Shown: piece after piece, positions 30,935 through 41,092 of the stretch
How the letters are laid out: every line of letters starts with the position of its first letter
How positions within the stretch are numbered: position 1 is the first letter of the stretch
Assembly (NCBI GenBank): GCA_045660785.1
Contig: JAZREL010000036.1
Span: 18,897 to 82,896, forward strand
Direction: 5' to 3'
Length of the DNA: 64,000 bases
DNA from: Eubacteriales bacterium
GTDB taxonomy: Bacteria; Bacillota; Clostridia; Oscillospirales; CAG-272
Translations under genes and position numbers: made by a program
The notes under the pieces: model-generated
Databases searched by the model: none
What the model saw: only the letters and a program-made list of their open reading frames with translations
What the model was told of the DNA's origin: nothing

Positions 30935-32635
30935 TCAGTCTTCTTTTTTGATAGTATTGTAGGTAACTGCTACTGCGCTGTCAGTAACTGTCTCACCGAT
31001 ATAGCTTGCTGTGCCGTTATCGATTACGTATGCGGAGGCGTAAATCGGAATATCCTTTTGGGTGTCCTTAATACCTGTGATTTTGAGGTCGTAGATTGTG
31101 TAATTTACGTTTGTAACGTCGATTGAATATGCGCCGCTGATTACCTGCGCGCTTTCGTCAAAGAGCTTGCCCTCTGCGCTGAGCTCTGCATTTGCAAGAA
31201 CGATGCCGTAGTTAAATACGTAGCCCTCTGCCTGAACAGCCAAGAATTTAGCAATTTCTTCCTTGTTGAAAACAATTCCGAAGGTAAAGAGTGAGCCGTC
31301 TGTTTCCTTTGAATAGCCCTTGTTTGTAAAGAGTGGACCGCAAACTGTATCGGTTATTTTTTCACCGCAGCCGCGTGAGCAGGATGTTGCCTTTAAGTAG
31401 TCGGTAACGTAGCTTTCACCGCTAAATTCGTACACTCCCTCGCCTGAAATGTCGTGTCCGCCGAGGAATACTGTGCATTTTGTTGAAAGTGGTGTGTTGA
31501 ACTTTATTCTTTCATCGCCCACTGTATTAAGAGCGGTGATAAATGGGTCTTTGTTGTTTGTAGCATTAGAAATCGTAATTGTGCTTTGTGCGGTTGTAAA
31601 ATAGAAGTTAACGTTTAAGTTATTGCCGCATTGACCGAACACCTGTGCGCTAAAGGTTGATGCACCGGCAGGCATCCAAACATCGGTAAGCGCCGTGCAT
31701 TTTTCAAAGCAATAGCTTCCAAGTGAAACGGGACCGTTTGGCAATACAATCTTCTTAAGCGACGTGCAGGATGCAAACACTGTGGCGTTCGTTCCTATTG
31801 TTGTTACGGTTTGCGGAAAAACTACCTTTTCAATAGACGTACATTCGCTGCACGCATAGGAGCCAAACGTTGTAATTCCATCCCAAAGCGGAAACTCGGT
31901 AAGTGCCTTACAACCCCTAAACATCTTTTCTGCAACCGCAGTTGTGCCGACAAAAAAGTTGTCAGTGTTTTCAATGGTTGTCAGCTTTGTACAGCCGTTA
32001 AACATATAGTTGGTTGAATAGTTAATCGGAGTACCGTTATTTAAGTATGCATCGGGAAGTGTGACCTTTGTAAGATTTTCGCAATACTCAAATAGTGAGT
32101 ACGTGTTGTTTGCATAGCACAAATCAACCATTGAAATGTCTATTTCAACAAGCTTTTTACAATTGGCAAATGCCTTTGGAGTGCCGTTATCCCAAAACCT
32201 GAGCCCTTGGTTAAGCTTTACCTCTATCATATTTTGGCAGCCGTTAAAGGTTTCCATATTATTTGCGATAAAGTCAATGTCTGATGGCATTTCAAATCTG
32301 ATGATACTGTTCTTGTTGAAGCTTTTCGATAGCTTGCTGTTAATTTCGTTAAAGTTCATCAGCATCATTTCGCCTGTGCTTTTTGTGCTTTCGGTAAGAA
32401 CGTAATACGTTGGAACGGTGTAGTAATTTGTGCCGTCAAAGAGCACCACTCGTGCAACTGTGCCATCGTCCTTGAGCTGACTGATTTTTGTGTTGCCGAT
32501 TGCTTCATCAAAGACGGTAAGCTCACCAAACTCATTACTTGTTGATGGAACAATTTTGTCCTCTGCGCTTGCCAAAAGTGCAAACGAGCATACAAGAATC
32601 AATGCAGCTGTGAGAATTAAAAGAATTTTTTTCAT
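30935..32635 (-). CDS. Secreted BspA-like LRR_5 protein
   Basis: Signal peptide MKKILL...ASA; FxxCxxL LRR_5 repeats; C-terminal PLFTNKGYS domain shared with paralogs; start set at the AGAGGT RBS. Confidence 0.8.
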   Translation of the reverse strand: MKKILLILTAALILVCSFALLASAEDKIVPSTSNEFGELTVFDEAIGNTKISQLKDDGTVARVVLFDGTNYYTVPTYYVLTESTKSTGEMMLMNFNEINSKLSKSFNKNSIIRFEMPSDIDFIANNMETFNGCQNMIEVKLNQGLRFWDNGTPKAFANCKKLVEIDISMVDLCYANNTYSLFEYCENLTKVTLPDAYLNNGTPINYSTNYMFNGCTKLTTIENTDNFFVGTTAVAEKMFRGCKALTEFPLWDGITTFGSYACSECTSIEKVVFPQTVTTIGTNATVFASCTSLKKIVLPNGPVSLGSYCFEKCTALTDVWMPAGASTFSAQVFGQCGNNLNVNFYFTTAQSTITISNATNNKDPFITALNTVGDERIKFNTPLSTKCTVFLGGHDISGEGVYEFSGESYVTDYLKATSCSRGCGEKITDTVCGPLFTNKGYSKETDGSLFTFGIVFNKEEIAKFLAVQAEGYVFNYGIVLANAELSAEGKLFDESAQVISGAYSIDVTNVNYTIYDLKITGIKDTQKDIPIYASAYVIDNGTASYIGETVTDSAVAVTYNTIKKED

Positions 32636-32729
32636 AAATACCTCTCTGTATTTTAGTATACAGTCTAATAATATCATAATTTAGACTTTTTTAGCAATTG
32701 ACATCTGTAACAAAATTGTCATACTGTTT

Positions 32730-32746
32730 TTGTCTATTTTGCACAA
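32730..32746. promoter_or_regulatory. Putative operator (TTGTGCAAnTTGCACAA-like)
   Basis: TTGTCTATTTTGCACAA 95 bp upstream of the start, at the same position as the perfect copy at 35247. Confidence 0.5.
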
Positions 32747-32759
32747 CCTATATCAAAAC

Positions 32760-32787
32760 AAAAAGGAGCAAGCACGCTTGCTCCTTT
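32760..32787 (-). terminator. Intrinsic terminator
   Basis: AAAGGAGCAAGC-AC-GCTTGCTCCTTT. Confidence 0.75.
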
Positions 32788-32792
32788 AAATT

Positions 32793-35150
32793 TTACGCTA
32801 CTGCTTCGCTTTCCTCTTTTGAAGGATATTTTTGCAAAAGGATTTCGTGAGAAATAACCTCTGCAACTGTGCTTACGCTATCGTGAGTTAAGTAAGTAAC
32901 TGTATCGTTTTGGCTTGCGAATGCACCGAGGTGAAGCTCCTTGCCTGCGCCAACGTTTGTGAGCTTAACTTGAATAATTGAGTATTGATCCTTTGCATCC
33001 TGCATTTCCATAGCTACAGTCTTTTCACCGCCTACAACCTTGCCGTCAACCACTGAAAGAGGTGTGCCGTTTGTGATTGCGCTTGCAAAAACACCGTACT
33101 TAATGCCCTCACCGTAAAGTGCGAGTGCGTCAGCATTTACGTATATTGTGTATGAAAATTCGCTTGAATTTGTTTCTGAGAAGGAATAGCCCTTCTTGCC
33201 GAAGAGTGCTGAATCTTCAACGTCGAATTCCGCATTTGCACCACACTCTGAGCAAACGTGAATAGCAATCATATTTTCAAAGTAGTTAGGTGCGCCGTTT
33301 ACAGATGGGTATGCACTTGAGATAAACTCGCCCTTTGCGTGGCCCTTTGCAGGGAGAACAATGGACTGGTCACTTGCCTTATCGCAGAAGCAAACAAAAC
33401 CGCGTACGCCTGCATCCTCGCAGGTTGGTGCATTTTCCGTTTCAATGAGGAAAAGGTGTTTATCCATTGCGGTAAGCTCGGTATTATCGTTTGTAAATTG
33501 ATTGTTAGATGATGGCTTTTTCATATTTATACCCTTGCCTGTTGAGCAGAAGTAAATGAATTCATCACCGTTTAAGCTGAATGAATAGTTTCCTGCATTT
33601 GAGTTAACGATATTTACGCTTGAGAAATCCTTGTCAGCAGGGTTAGCAAATACGTAGCTAATGCCCTTTCCGCGGCTATCTCTCATACCGATTCTTAAAT
33701 CGGTCATATCGCCAAGGAATACTACGGTTGTTTTGTTGCCCTTATCGCCGCAGCAATAGAATACGCCGTCGTTAATCCAGAACTTTGTGAGTGATTCCGG
33801 CATAACCATAACTGAGTTAAGGTTGTAGCAGAATGCAAAGCCGATACCGCTGTCTCTGTTAAAGAGATTTGTAAGTCCTGATGGGAAGTAATAAACCTCC
33901 GGCTTTGCTGGCATAACGAAGCTATCACCGTAGAAGTTGCCGTTTGCATCTCTTACGCTGAATTGCTCGTTTACAAAATACATTTCGTAGCAGTTATAGA
34001 ACGCTGTTTGGTTGCCATAGCCGTTTGTTTCAATAGTCTTGGTTTTTGAAGGGAGATATACGGCTTGAAGAGCTTTACAGCCGGAGAACATACGGTTTGT
34101 GATGTAGTCTGTATTATCAGGAAGACAAGCTGCCTTGAGGTTTACACAGTCCATAAACACGCCCCAGTTGTTGAAATCAACGTCGTTTGGGTTTCCTTGG
34201 AAATCAACGTATTCAAGTGCAGAGCAGGTATGGAACGATGATGGGCCAAGATAAGTTACGTTTGGTGAAATAGCAACGTATTTTACCGCCTTACAGTTTT
34301 GGAATGCGCCTTGCTCAACGCGTGTAACTGTGTTTGGCATAACGTAAGTATACTCTACGTTTGATGAGAAATGAGCAAGAGATGAGCAGTTATAGAACAT
34401 ATTCTTACCGATTTTCGTAAGGTTCGGGAATGCTTCCTGGACGTTTGTGCTAACAAGATTCGTACAGCCGTTGAACATATTTTCGCCAGGGTCAGTAACG
34501 TCAGGTGAAACGCCGATTATTGCGTTTGTAAGCTTCGTACATTCTTGGAAAGCGCCACCCGTTGTGCCCTTCTTGAAAACGAACGTATCAAGGTTGTGGA
34601 TTGTTTCAAGGTTAGTACACTTCCAGAAGTGCAATGTCTTGTTGGCATCCTTTACCTCGGAATTAGGTTGGAGGCGAATCTCAATTACGTTTGAGTAACC
34701 TTGGAAGGATTGGCTTGTGCCACCGTTTAAATATACCATATTATATGGCATTTCAATACGGTAAATATTGGTGTATGACCAGTTTGGATTTGTGCCCGTT
34801 GCGGTTTCCATAGCGCTATTCAAACTTGCCATATCCATTGCATAGAGTGACTTTTGTCCGCTACCGTAAATTGCGGAGTTTGAAAGGACGTATGCAGTTG
34901 GGAACGTATAGAAGGTTGTGCCGTTGCCGACAACGACTCTTGCATACGTTGTGCCGTTGGCGTCCACGTACGGCGTGAATCCATAATCCGTCTTTGTTCT
35001 ACCTACGGAAATGCTTTCATCAAAGAAAGAAAGCTCACCGTATGCATTTGTGCTTTGCTCCTTCAAAACGGTTTCAGCGCTTACTGAAATTGCAAACAGA
35101 CAAGCCAAAAGCGCAACCATTGAAAGAACGAGCAAAATCTTCTTTTTCAT
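32793..35150 (-). CDS. Secreted BspA-like LRR_5 protein (paralog of 30935..32635)
   Basis: Signal peptide; shared N-domain (NxxGELxxFDE...ARVV...YTxPT.YVL); LRR_5 repeats; shared C-domain LFGKKGYS. Confidence 0.82.
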   Translation of the reverse strand: MKKKILLVLSMVALLACLFAISVSAETVLKEQSTNAYGELSFFDESISVGRTKTDYGFTPYVDANGTTYARVVVGNGTTFYTFPTAYVLSNSAIYGSGQKSLYAMDMASLNSAMETATGTNPNWSYTNIYRIEMPYNMVYLNGGTSQSFQGYSNVIEIRLQPNSEVKDANKTLHFWKCTNLETIHNLDTFVFKKGTTGGAFQECTKLTNAIIGVSPDVTDPGENMFNGCTNLVSTNVQEAFPNLTKIGKNMFYNCSSLAHFSSNVEYTYVMPNTVTRVEQGAFQNCKAVKYVAISPNVTYLGPSSFHTCSALEYVDFQGNPNDVDFNNWGVFMDCVNLKAACLPDNTDYITNRMFSGCKALQAVYLPSKTKTIETNGYGNQTAFYNCYEMYFVNEQFSVRDANGNFYGDSFVMPAKPEVYYFPSGLTNLFNRDSGIGFAFCYNLNSVMVMPESLTKFWINDGVFYCCGDKGNKTTVVFLGDMTDLRIGMRDSRGKGISYVFANPADKDFSSVNIVNSNAGNYSFSLNGDEFIYFCSTGKGINMKKPSSNNQFTNDNTELTAMDKHLFLIETENAPTCEDAGVRGFVCFCDKASDQSIVLPAKGHAKGEFISSAYPSVNGAPNYFENMIAIHVCSECGANAEFDVEDSALFGKKGYSFSETNSSEFSYTIYVNADALALYGEGIKYGVFASAITNGTPLSVVDGKVVGGEKTVAMEMQDAKDQYSIIQVKLTNVGAGKELHLGAFASQNDTVTYLTHDSVSTVAEVISHEILLQKYPSKEESEAVA

Positions 35151-35246
35151 AGTAATTCTCCTTAAGAATAATTATTTGTGCGTATATTATAACATAAAGC
35201 ACTATGGAATTCAATTGACAACTAATACAATTTTTCCCAAATCCGA

Positions 35247-35263
35247 TTGTGCAATTTGCACAA
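35247..35263. promoter_or_regulatory. Putative operator palindrome
   Basis: Perfect dyad TTGTGCAA-T-TTGCACAA 97 bp upstream of the LRR gene start. Confidence 0.55.
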
Positions 35264-35382
35264 GCAATTTTCATTTTTAGACAAAAAATCATCTAATGCC
35301 TAACTTTTTTATTCAATTTTATTGACGAAAAAGCTCATTTTTTGCTATAATGAACTTAAGAAATGAGAAAGGGGGCACTCCT

Positions 35383-37494
35383 ATGTCGAATACGGAATAT
35401 TATAGCGATTTTTGGGAAAACAAGTCTGCTCCCGAATTCAAGGAGTTTAAGGCGGAGCTTTATCAAAAAAGCACCGAGCATTTTTCGAGTGTTGGCGAAA
35501 TTAAACCGTTCAACGTTGAAAGCTTTGACCACGCTCCGAGCGTTGAAAACGAGGAGGAGAAAAGGAAGAAGCGTGCGGGCAAGGAAAAAGAAAAGCAAAA
35601 AGTGCGCACAAGACTTCAAAAAATTCTTGACAACGTATCCAAGACGGCAACGAAGGTGGCATCTACCGTTGTTGGCGTTGCGGCAGTCGGCGTCGGTGCG
35701 GTTGTTGCACTTTCGCCACTCTTTTCACCGAGCGCACCTACGCCGGAGCCAATTTCCGTTTCTCTTTCCGAGCTTGATGTTGGCGGAAACTTTATGTCGT
35801 ACGAGCTTGACGTTTCGGGACTTCAAAGCAATGCCGACTACGATATTGTAATTTCAAGTAAAAATCAAACATTATCGCGTGACGAGGTTATATCGGGCAA
35901 AAACGAGGATTTGGTGCTTGGACTTAACGAAAACGAAAAATATACACTCCTCGTTGTCGAAAAGACGGACACAGAGCCATTTGTTCATTATGAAAAGGAT
36001 TTTACAACGAGCGGAGATAGAATAATTGATGATGAATTTCAGGCAACGCTTGAAATTCCAAATGCGGACAGCATCACGGTTGAATGGGGCGAGGAGAAAA
36101 ACACTGTAAATCTAAACGCGCTGTTTTCACCCAATGCAGATGCAAATTATAAATACAGGGTTAGCTTAACCGACAGTGACGGAACGGTGGTTTCATCATA
36201 TTTGGGCAACGAAGGAGCCGTCAGATTGGACGTGCCGAGCGAGATTGACGGAGTAACGGTTACTTACCAAACGCTCTACGACACGGGACGTCACGAGGTT
36301 ATATATTCCACAAGCGAAATTGACAAAAAGCTTCACTTGAAAGCTCCCGAGCTGAAATTCAGTGACGAAAAGGTTTTAATTCAACCGGGATACTACGGCA
36401 TTGAATATTCGGTTAGCTCCGAGCTTGCTCACCTCGAATCCTACAACGATTTAACCGTAACGGTAAACGGAGTTGACTGTCCGAGCTATTTTGATTCGTC
36501 AAGTGTAAACAAAACGGCCGTGCTTTGGGTTGAATTTGTCGACCCTGTGGATGAATTTGACCTTGAAGCAACGCTTTTATTAAACGGCGCATACGGCGGA
36601 AACGCTCGAACGGTTACGGTGAAAAAGCATTACGTAAACGAGCTTGAATTTTACGACAGCGCTTATTATTCGGCAACGTACGGCACTGTTGAATTCACAT
36701 TCGTGCACAGTGAAATCGACGGTTACGTATTGATTAAAAATATTTCAGACGGCACAGAGGAGCAGGTGACTTATACGTCTTACAGCTATCCGTTTACGTC
36801 GGATTGCCAATATTCATACGCGCTTTACGATAAGGAAAACAACCGACTGACCGAGGAAAAAACGGTAAGCTTCTCACCGATTTCAAAGCCGGACTATACG
36901 TTTACGTACTGTAATTCCGGAGAGGTTATTTATACGGTAAACGAGGACAATACGTTTAACTTTTATTTCTACACAATGTTCAGCTGCGATGACCCAAGCG
37001 TTTACTACGAGATAACACTTTCGGATTCATTGCGAAGCTACCGCTTCCAATCAACCGAGAAGTTTTTGAAGGCGGAGAATTTGCCAAGCTCCGATTACGC
37101 CCTATCATTCAGGGTTTTAAGAACAGATGAGCTTGGGGCAACGTACGAGCTTAGCAATACAGTACCCTCGGGAACGACGGGTGCGGTGTTTAGCACCGAT
37201 ATTTCGTACACCCTTACTGATGACAGCACCGTTCGTTTTGATTTCGACAACCTTCTTTCAATCAACGGAGATATTCATTTAACAATGAACGGAAAAAGCT
37301 ACGTATTTTCAAAGGACGAGCTTGTTCCAAGCGAATATTATAACACCCTGACGGTTTCAACCGACGGTGAAAAAATCGAGAGCTTTGAGCTAACGTACTA
37401 TTCATATCGCAGGCATATAAACGATCATATTTATTCACAGTTTGCCGACCAAATCAAGGGCACACCGTACATAAAAACAACAATCACTTTTTAG
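35383..37494 (+). CDS. Large single-TM membrane-anchored protein of unknown function
   Basis: Charged N-terminus, TM VVGVAAVGVGAVVALSP, long acidic beta-rich region; TTGACG-N18-TATAAT promoter upstream. Confidence 0.75.
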   Translation: MSNTEYYSDFWENKSAPEFKEFKAELYQKSTEHFSSVGEIKPFNVESFDHAPSVENEEEKRKKRAGKEKEKQKVRTRLQKILDNVSKTATKVASTVVGVAAVGVGAVVALSPLFSPSAPTPEPISVSLSELDVGGNFMSYELDVSGLQSNADYDIVISSKNQTLSRDEVISGKNEDLVLGLNENEKYTLLVVEKTDTEPFVHYEKDFTTSGDRIIDDEFQATLEIPNADSITVEWGEEKNTVNLNALFSPNADANYKYRVSLTDSDGTVVSSYLGNEGAVRLDVPSEIDGVTVTYQTLYDTGRHEVIYSTSEIDKKLHLKAPELKFSDEKVLIQPGYYGIEYSVSSELAHLESYNDLTVTVNGVDCPSYFDSSSVNKTAVLWVEFVDPVDEFDLEATLLLNGAYGGNARTVTVKKHYVNELEFYDSAYYSATYGTVEFTFVHSEIDGYVLIKNISDGTEEQVTYTSYSYPFTSDCQYSYALYDKENNRLTEEKTVSFSPISKPDYTFTYCNSGEVIYTVNEDNTFNFYFYTMFSCDDPSVYYEITLSDSLRSYRFQSTEKFLKAENLPSSDYALSFRVLRTDELGATYELSNTVPSGTTGAVFSTDISYTLTDDSTVRFDFDNLLSINGDIHLTMNGKSYVFSKDELVPSEYYNTLTVSTDGEKIESFELTYYSYRRHINDHIYSQFADQIKGTPYIKTTITF

Positions 37495-37504
37495 GAGATA
37501 AAAT

Positions 37505-38614
37505 ATGAAAACGAAAAAGAAATTAAAAACAGCGCTGCTCGCTATTGAGCTTTCAATAATATCCTTGATTATTGTTGCTCTTTTGGCGTTTGCAATAACG
37601 AGCATTGTCACTATGTTTGTAAATCCCGAGGCGGAATATTCCGAATGGTTCGGCGAGACGTTTTTTGGAGTTGAGCTTGAAAAGGAGCCGACAGTTGAGG
37701 AAGAGATAAAGGATTTAACCCTTACCCAGCAGGTAACACAAAAGCTGAAAGCACACGCGTTTGATATCATAATTTGCCTTGTAAAGGTGGTTATAATTTA
37801 CGCAATTTGTCGCATTATAAGACTCATTTTCGCACTTATTATGAAGCGAAACAACCGTGCAAAGACAATCCTTGCTTTGCTTGACGGCTTCGTTAAATAC
37901 GGCTGTGCCATTGCTATCATTTTCTTTGTTTTGAAGGCGGTTGGTGTAAACACGGGCGCACTTATTGCATCGGTTGGCGTGCTGACGCTTGTTGTCGGCC
38001 TTGGTGCTAATGCACTTATTGCGGACATTATTGCCGGTATATTTATCATATTTGAAAATGAATATAACGTTGGCGAGGTTATTTCGATTGATGATTTCCG
38101 CGGCACGGTGCTTGAAATCGGTATTCGCTCAACAAAGCTGCTTGATGCGGCAGGAAACATTAAAATTATCAACAACGGTAACATCGGCGATATTGTCAAC
38201 CTCTCGCGCGAGCTATCGCTTGCGATTGCAGACTGCGACTTCCCTTACGACGTGCCTATCGAATTCGTAGAAAATATCATTATGAACAATCTCGACACCA
38301 TCAAGGAAAGAATTCCCGCTATCGTTGAGGGCCCGTACTACAAGGGCGTTTGCATGTATAAGGACTCAAACGTAACAATCAAGCTTGTTGCCAAGTGTAA
38401 CGAGGATGACAGATTCCAGGTGCAAAGAGATTTGCTTCGCGAATACAGAATTCTCTTGACAGAAAACGATATTGACATTGCGTTCCCACAGGTTGTTATC
38501 AATCAGCCGAGCGTTAAGGAATACAAGCTTACAAAGAAGGAAAAGCTTGCGGCTCAGGAATTTGCAAAGGAGCAAAAGGAGCTTTCCGTAAACCTTGAGG
38601 AGCAGCAGCTTTAA
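37505..38614 (+). CDS. mscS: Small-conductance mechanosensitive channel (MscS family)
   Basis: LVVGLGANALIADIIAGIFIIFE, GTVLEIGIRSTKL, IDIAFPQ. Confidence 0.9.
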   Translation: MKTKKKLKTALLAIELSIISLIIVALLAFAITSIVTMFVNPEAEYSEWFGETFFGVELEKEPTVEEEIKDLTLTQQVTQKLKAHAFDIIICLVKVVIIYAICRIIRLIFALIMKRNNRAKTILALLDGFVKYGCAIAIIFFVLKAVGVNTGALIASVGVLTLVVGLGANALIADIIAGIFIIFENEYNVGEVISIDDFRGTVLEIGIRSTKLLDAAGNIKIINNGNIGDIVNLSRELSLAIADCDFPYDVPIEFVENIIMNNLDTIKERIPAIVEGPYYKGVCMYKDSNVTIKLVAKCNEDDRFQVQRDLLREYRILLTENDIDIAFPQVVINQPSVKEYKLTKKEKLAAQEFAKEQKELSVNLEEQQL

Positions 38615-38635
38615 GTAAGGAGATACATAGAAATA

Positions 38636-38665
38636 AAAAAGTCGCACCCTGTGTGCGACTTTTTT
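38636..38665. terminator. Bidirectional terminator
   Basis: AAAAAGTCGCAC-CCTGT-GTGCGACTTTTT. Confidence 0.75.
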
Positions 38666-38689
38666 GCTTTTTAATGGTTTTCAGCTTAG

Positions 38690-38737
38690 CCAATCCCTCA
38701 GTCACTTTGTGACAGTTCCCTTTGCACAAAGGAGCCA
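38690..38737. repeat. REP-like palindromic repeat
   Basis: CAATCCCTCAGTCACTTTGTGACAGTTCCCTTTGCACAAAGGAGCC, same layout as 617-670. Confidence 0.6.
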
Positions 38738-38766
38738 AGCGTGTGCGACTTTTTGGTTTTTGTGTC

Positions 38767-40194
38767 TTATTCAAACGCTCTTTTTTTGCTTTGGATATAA
38801 TCGTCGATGGCGTTTGCGGCGGTTTTGCCTGCGCCCATTGCCAAGATAACGGTTGCAGCGCCCGTAACAGCGTCGCCGCCTGCGTAGATGGCTTCCTTTG
38901 AGGTGAGGCCGTTTTCGTCAACGATAATTCCGCCCCAATATTCGGTTTCAAGCCCATCTGTGGTTGATTTGATAAGCGGATTTGGGGACGTACCGAGTGA
39001 CATAATAACACAGTCAACGTCCAAAATATGCTCGCTTCCCTCAACTACAATAGGGCGGCGTCTGCCGCTTTCGTCGGGCTCACCAAGTCCCATTTTAACG
39101 CATTTCATTCCTGCAACGCTATTGTTGCCGGGGCTTCTTGGATTTTCTTTATCAATAAACGGTATAATTTCGGTTGGGTTGGTAAGGGTTTTGAAAATAA
39201 TCCCCTCCTCAATTGCATGCTCTACCTCCTCGTGGCGGGCAGGAAGCTCCTCCATTCCACGGCGGTAAACAACGTAAACCTCAGCGCCCATACGTCTTGC
39301 GCATCTTGCCGCGTCCATTGCAACGTTTCCACCGCCAACGACAGCCACGCGCTTGTATGACATAATAGGCGTGTCGCTTTCCTCGCGATATGCCTTCATA
39401 AGGTTAATTCTTGTAAGGTACTCGTTTGCGGAGAAAACACCCTTAAGGTTTTCGCCCTTAATTCCCATAAATTTAGGAAGACCCGCACCTGAGCCAATAA
39501 ACACCGCCTCATAGTGATATTCGTGCAAAAGCTCCTCAATTGAAAGAGTTTTGCCAACGACGATGTTGGTCTTTATTTCAACACCGAGTGCTTTTAAGCC
39601 GTCAATTTCCTCTTTTACAACTGATTTTGGCAAGCGAAATTCGGGAATACCGTAAACAAGCACGCCGCCCGGGGTGTGAAGTGCTTCAAAAATTGTAACG
39701 TTGTAGCCGCGCTTTGCAAGGTCGGACGCACAGGAAAGACCCGCAGGGCCTGAACCAATAACTGCCACCCTGTGTCCGTTTTTCGCAATTTTCGGTGAGG
39801 ATTTACTGTTGTTTTTGTTGTGATAATCGGCAACGAAGCGCTCAAGGCGGCCAATTGCCACGGGCTCACCCTTTATGCCGCGCACGCATCTGCCCTCGCA
39901 TTGATTTTCCTGTGGGCAAACTCTGCCGCAAACGGCGGGGAGTGATGAGGATTTCAAGATAATTTCATATGCTTCCTCGAACTTTCCCTCGGCAACCTTC
40001 GATATAAAATCGGGGATTGCGATTTTAACGGGACAGCCCTGAATGCACATTTTATTTTTACAGTTTAAGCATCTTTTCGCCTCGTCAATTGCTTGCTCCT
40101 CGGTGTAGCCGAGAGCAACCTCGTCAAAGTTTTTGATTCTTTCACTTGGTTCTTGAGTTGGCATTGGATTTTTAACAAGTGACATATTCGGCAT
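38767..40194 (-). CDS. Nfn large subunit (GltD/SudA-like) of the electron-bifurcating transhydrogenase
   Basis: EAKRCLNC..CxxGCP, CGRVCPQE, GSGPAG, GGGNVAMD; adjacent to the small subunit; no gltB in the window. Confidence 0.85.
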   Translation of the reverse strand: MPNMSLVKNPMPTQEPSERIKNFDEVALGYTEEQAIDEAKRCLNCKNKMCIQGCPVKIAIPDFISKVAEGKFEEAYEIILKSSSLPAVCGRVCPQENQCEGRCVRGIKGEPVAIGRLERFVADYHNKNNSKSSPKIAKNGHRVAVIGSGPAGLSCASDLAKRGYNVTIFEALHTPGGVLVYGIPEFRLPKSVVKEEIDGLKALGVEIKTNIVVGKTLSIEELLHEYHYEAVFIGSGAGLPKFMGIKGENLKGVFSANEYLTRINLMKAYREESDTPIMSYKRVAVVGGGNVAMDAARCARRMGAEVYVVYRRGMEELPARHEEVEHAIEEGIIFKTLTNPTEIIPFIDKENPRSPGNNSVAGMKCVKMGLGEPDESGRRRPIVVEGSEHILDVDCVIMSLGTSPNPLIKSTTDGLETEYWGGIIVDENGLTSKEAIYAGGDAVTGAATVILAMGAGKTAANAIDDYIQSKKRAFE

Positions 40195-40195
40195 A

Positions 40196-41038
40196 TTATT
40201 TTACCTCCTTCTTAAAGAGGTTGCAGGCGCTTTCGTACTTATGTCTTTCAAAATCCGCATAAATATTTGAGCGCGACATTGCTTCATCAAAATCGATGAG
40301 GTGTCCGTCAAATTCAGGGCCGTCAACGCAAGCAAAAACAGTCTTTCCGCCAACGCTTAGGCGGCAGCCGCCGCACATACCCGTGCCGTCAATCATAACG
40401 GGGTTCATTGAAGCAACCGTCTTAATTCCGTATTCCTTTGTAAGCAAGCAAACGAATTTCATCATAGGGAGAGGACCGATGGTTATTACCTCGTCGTACT
40501 CCTCGCCTGACTCGATAAGGGAGCGAAGCGCATCGGTAACAAGGCCCTTTTCGCCCGCTGAGCCGTCGTCGCTCATTAAAATGTATTTGCTTGAAGCATT
40601 TTTGAATTCGTTTTCTAAAATTACCAAATCCTTGCATCTGAAGCCGCAGATTGCATGCACCTCACAGCCAAGAGAATGGAGCTTTTTAGCCACAGGGTAA
40701 GCAATTGCGCATCCAACGCCACCGCCAACTACTGCAACCTTCTTTAAGCCGTCAGTGTGAGTTGCTTTGCCAAGAGGGCCAACGAAATCGTGCAAGAAAT
40801 CGCCCTTTTCCATTTGTGCAAGCTTATACGTTGTTGCGCCTGCGATTTGGAAAATAATCGTTACGCTTCCCTTTTTTCTGTCAAAATCGGCAACGGTTAG
40901 GGGAATTCTTTCTCCGTTTTCATCGGTGCGAAGAATGATAAACTGACCCGGCTCCGCCTTTTTTGCAACCAAGGGTGCATCTATTTCCATTAAAACAACC
41001 GTGGGGTTGAGTGTTTTTTTCTTTATAATTTTGTACAT
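40196..41038 (-). CDS. Nfn small subunit (PyrK/SudB-like FAD, [2Fe-2S])
   Basis: ERIPLT, GPLG, GGGVG, DGTGMCGGCR...ACVDGPEF. Confidence 0.88.
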   Translation of the reverse strand: MYKIIKKKTLNPTVVLMEIDAPLVAKKAEPGQFIILRTDENGERIPLTVADFDRKKGSVTIIFQIAGATTYKLAQMEKGDFLHDFVGPLGKATHTDGLKKVAVVGGGVGCAIAYPVAKKLHSLGCEVHAICGFRCKDLVILENEFKNASSKYILMSDDGSAGEKGLVTDALRSLIESGEEYDEVITIGPLPMMKFVCLLTKEYGIKTVASMNPVMIDGTGMCGGCRLSVGGKTVFACVDGPEFDGHLIDFDEAMSRSNIYADFERHKYESACNLFKKEVK

Positions 41039-41092
41039 TTTTTGTTCCTTTGCGTGTATATTTGGATAAAAAGTGCCGTGGAGTGTCTGATT

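Noticed and set aside
38767-40194. Glutamate synthase small subunit (gltD/gltA)
   Set aside because: No large subunit nearby; pairing with a PyrK-like subunit fits NfnAB.
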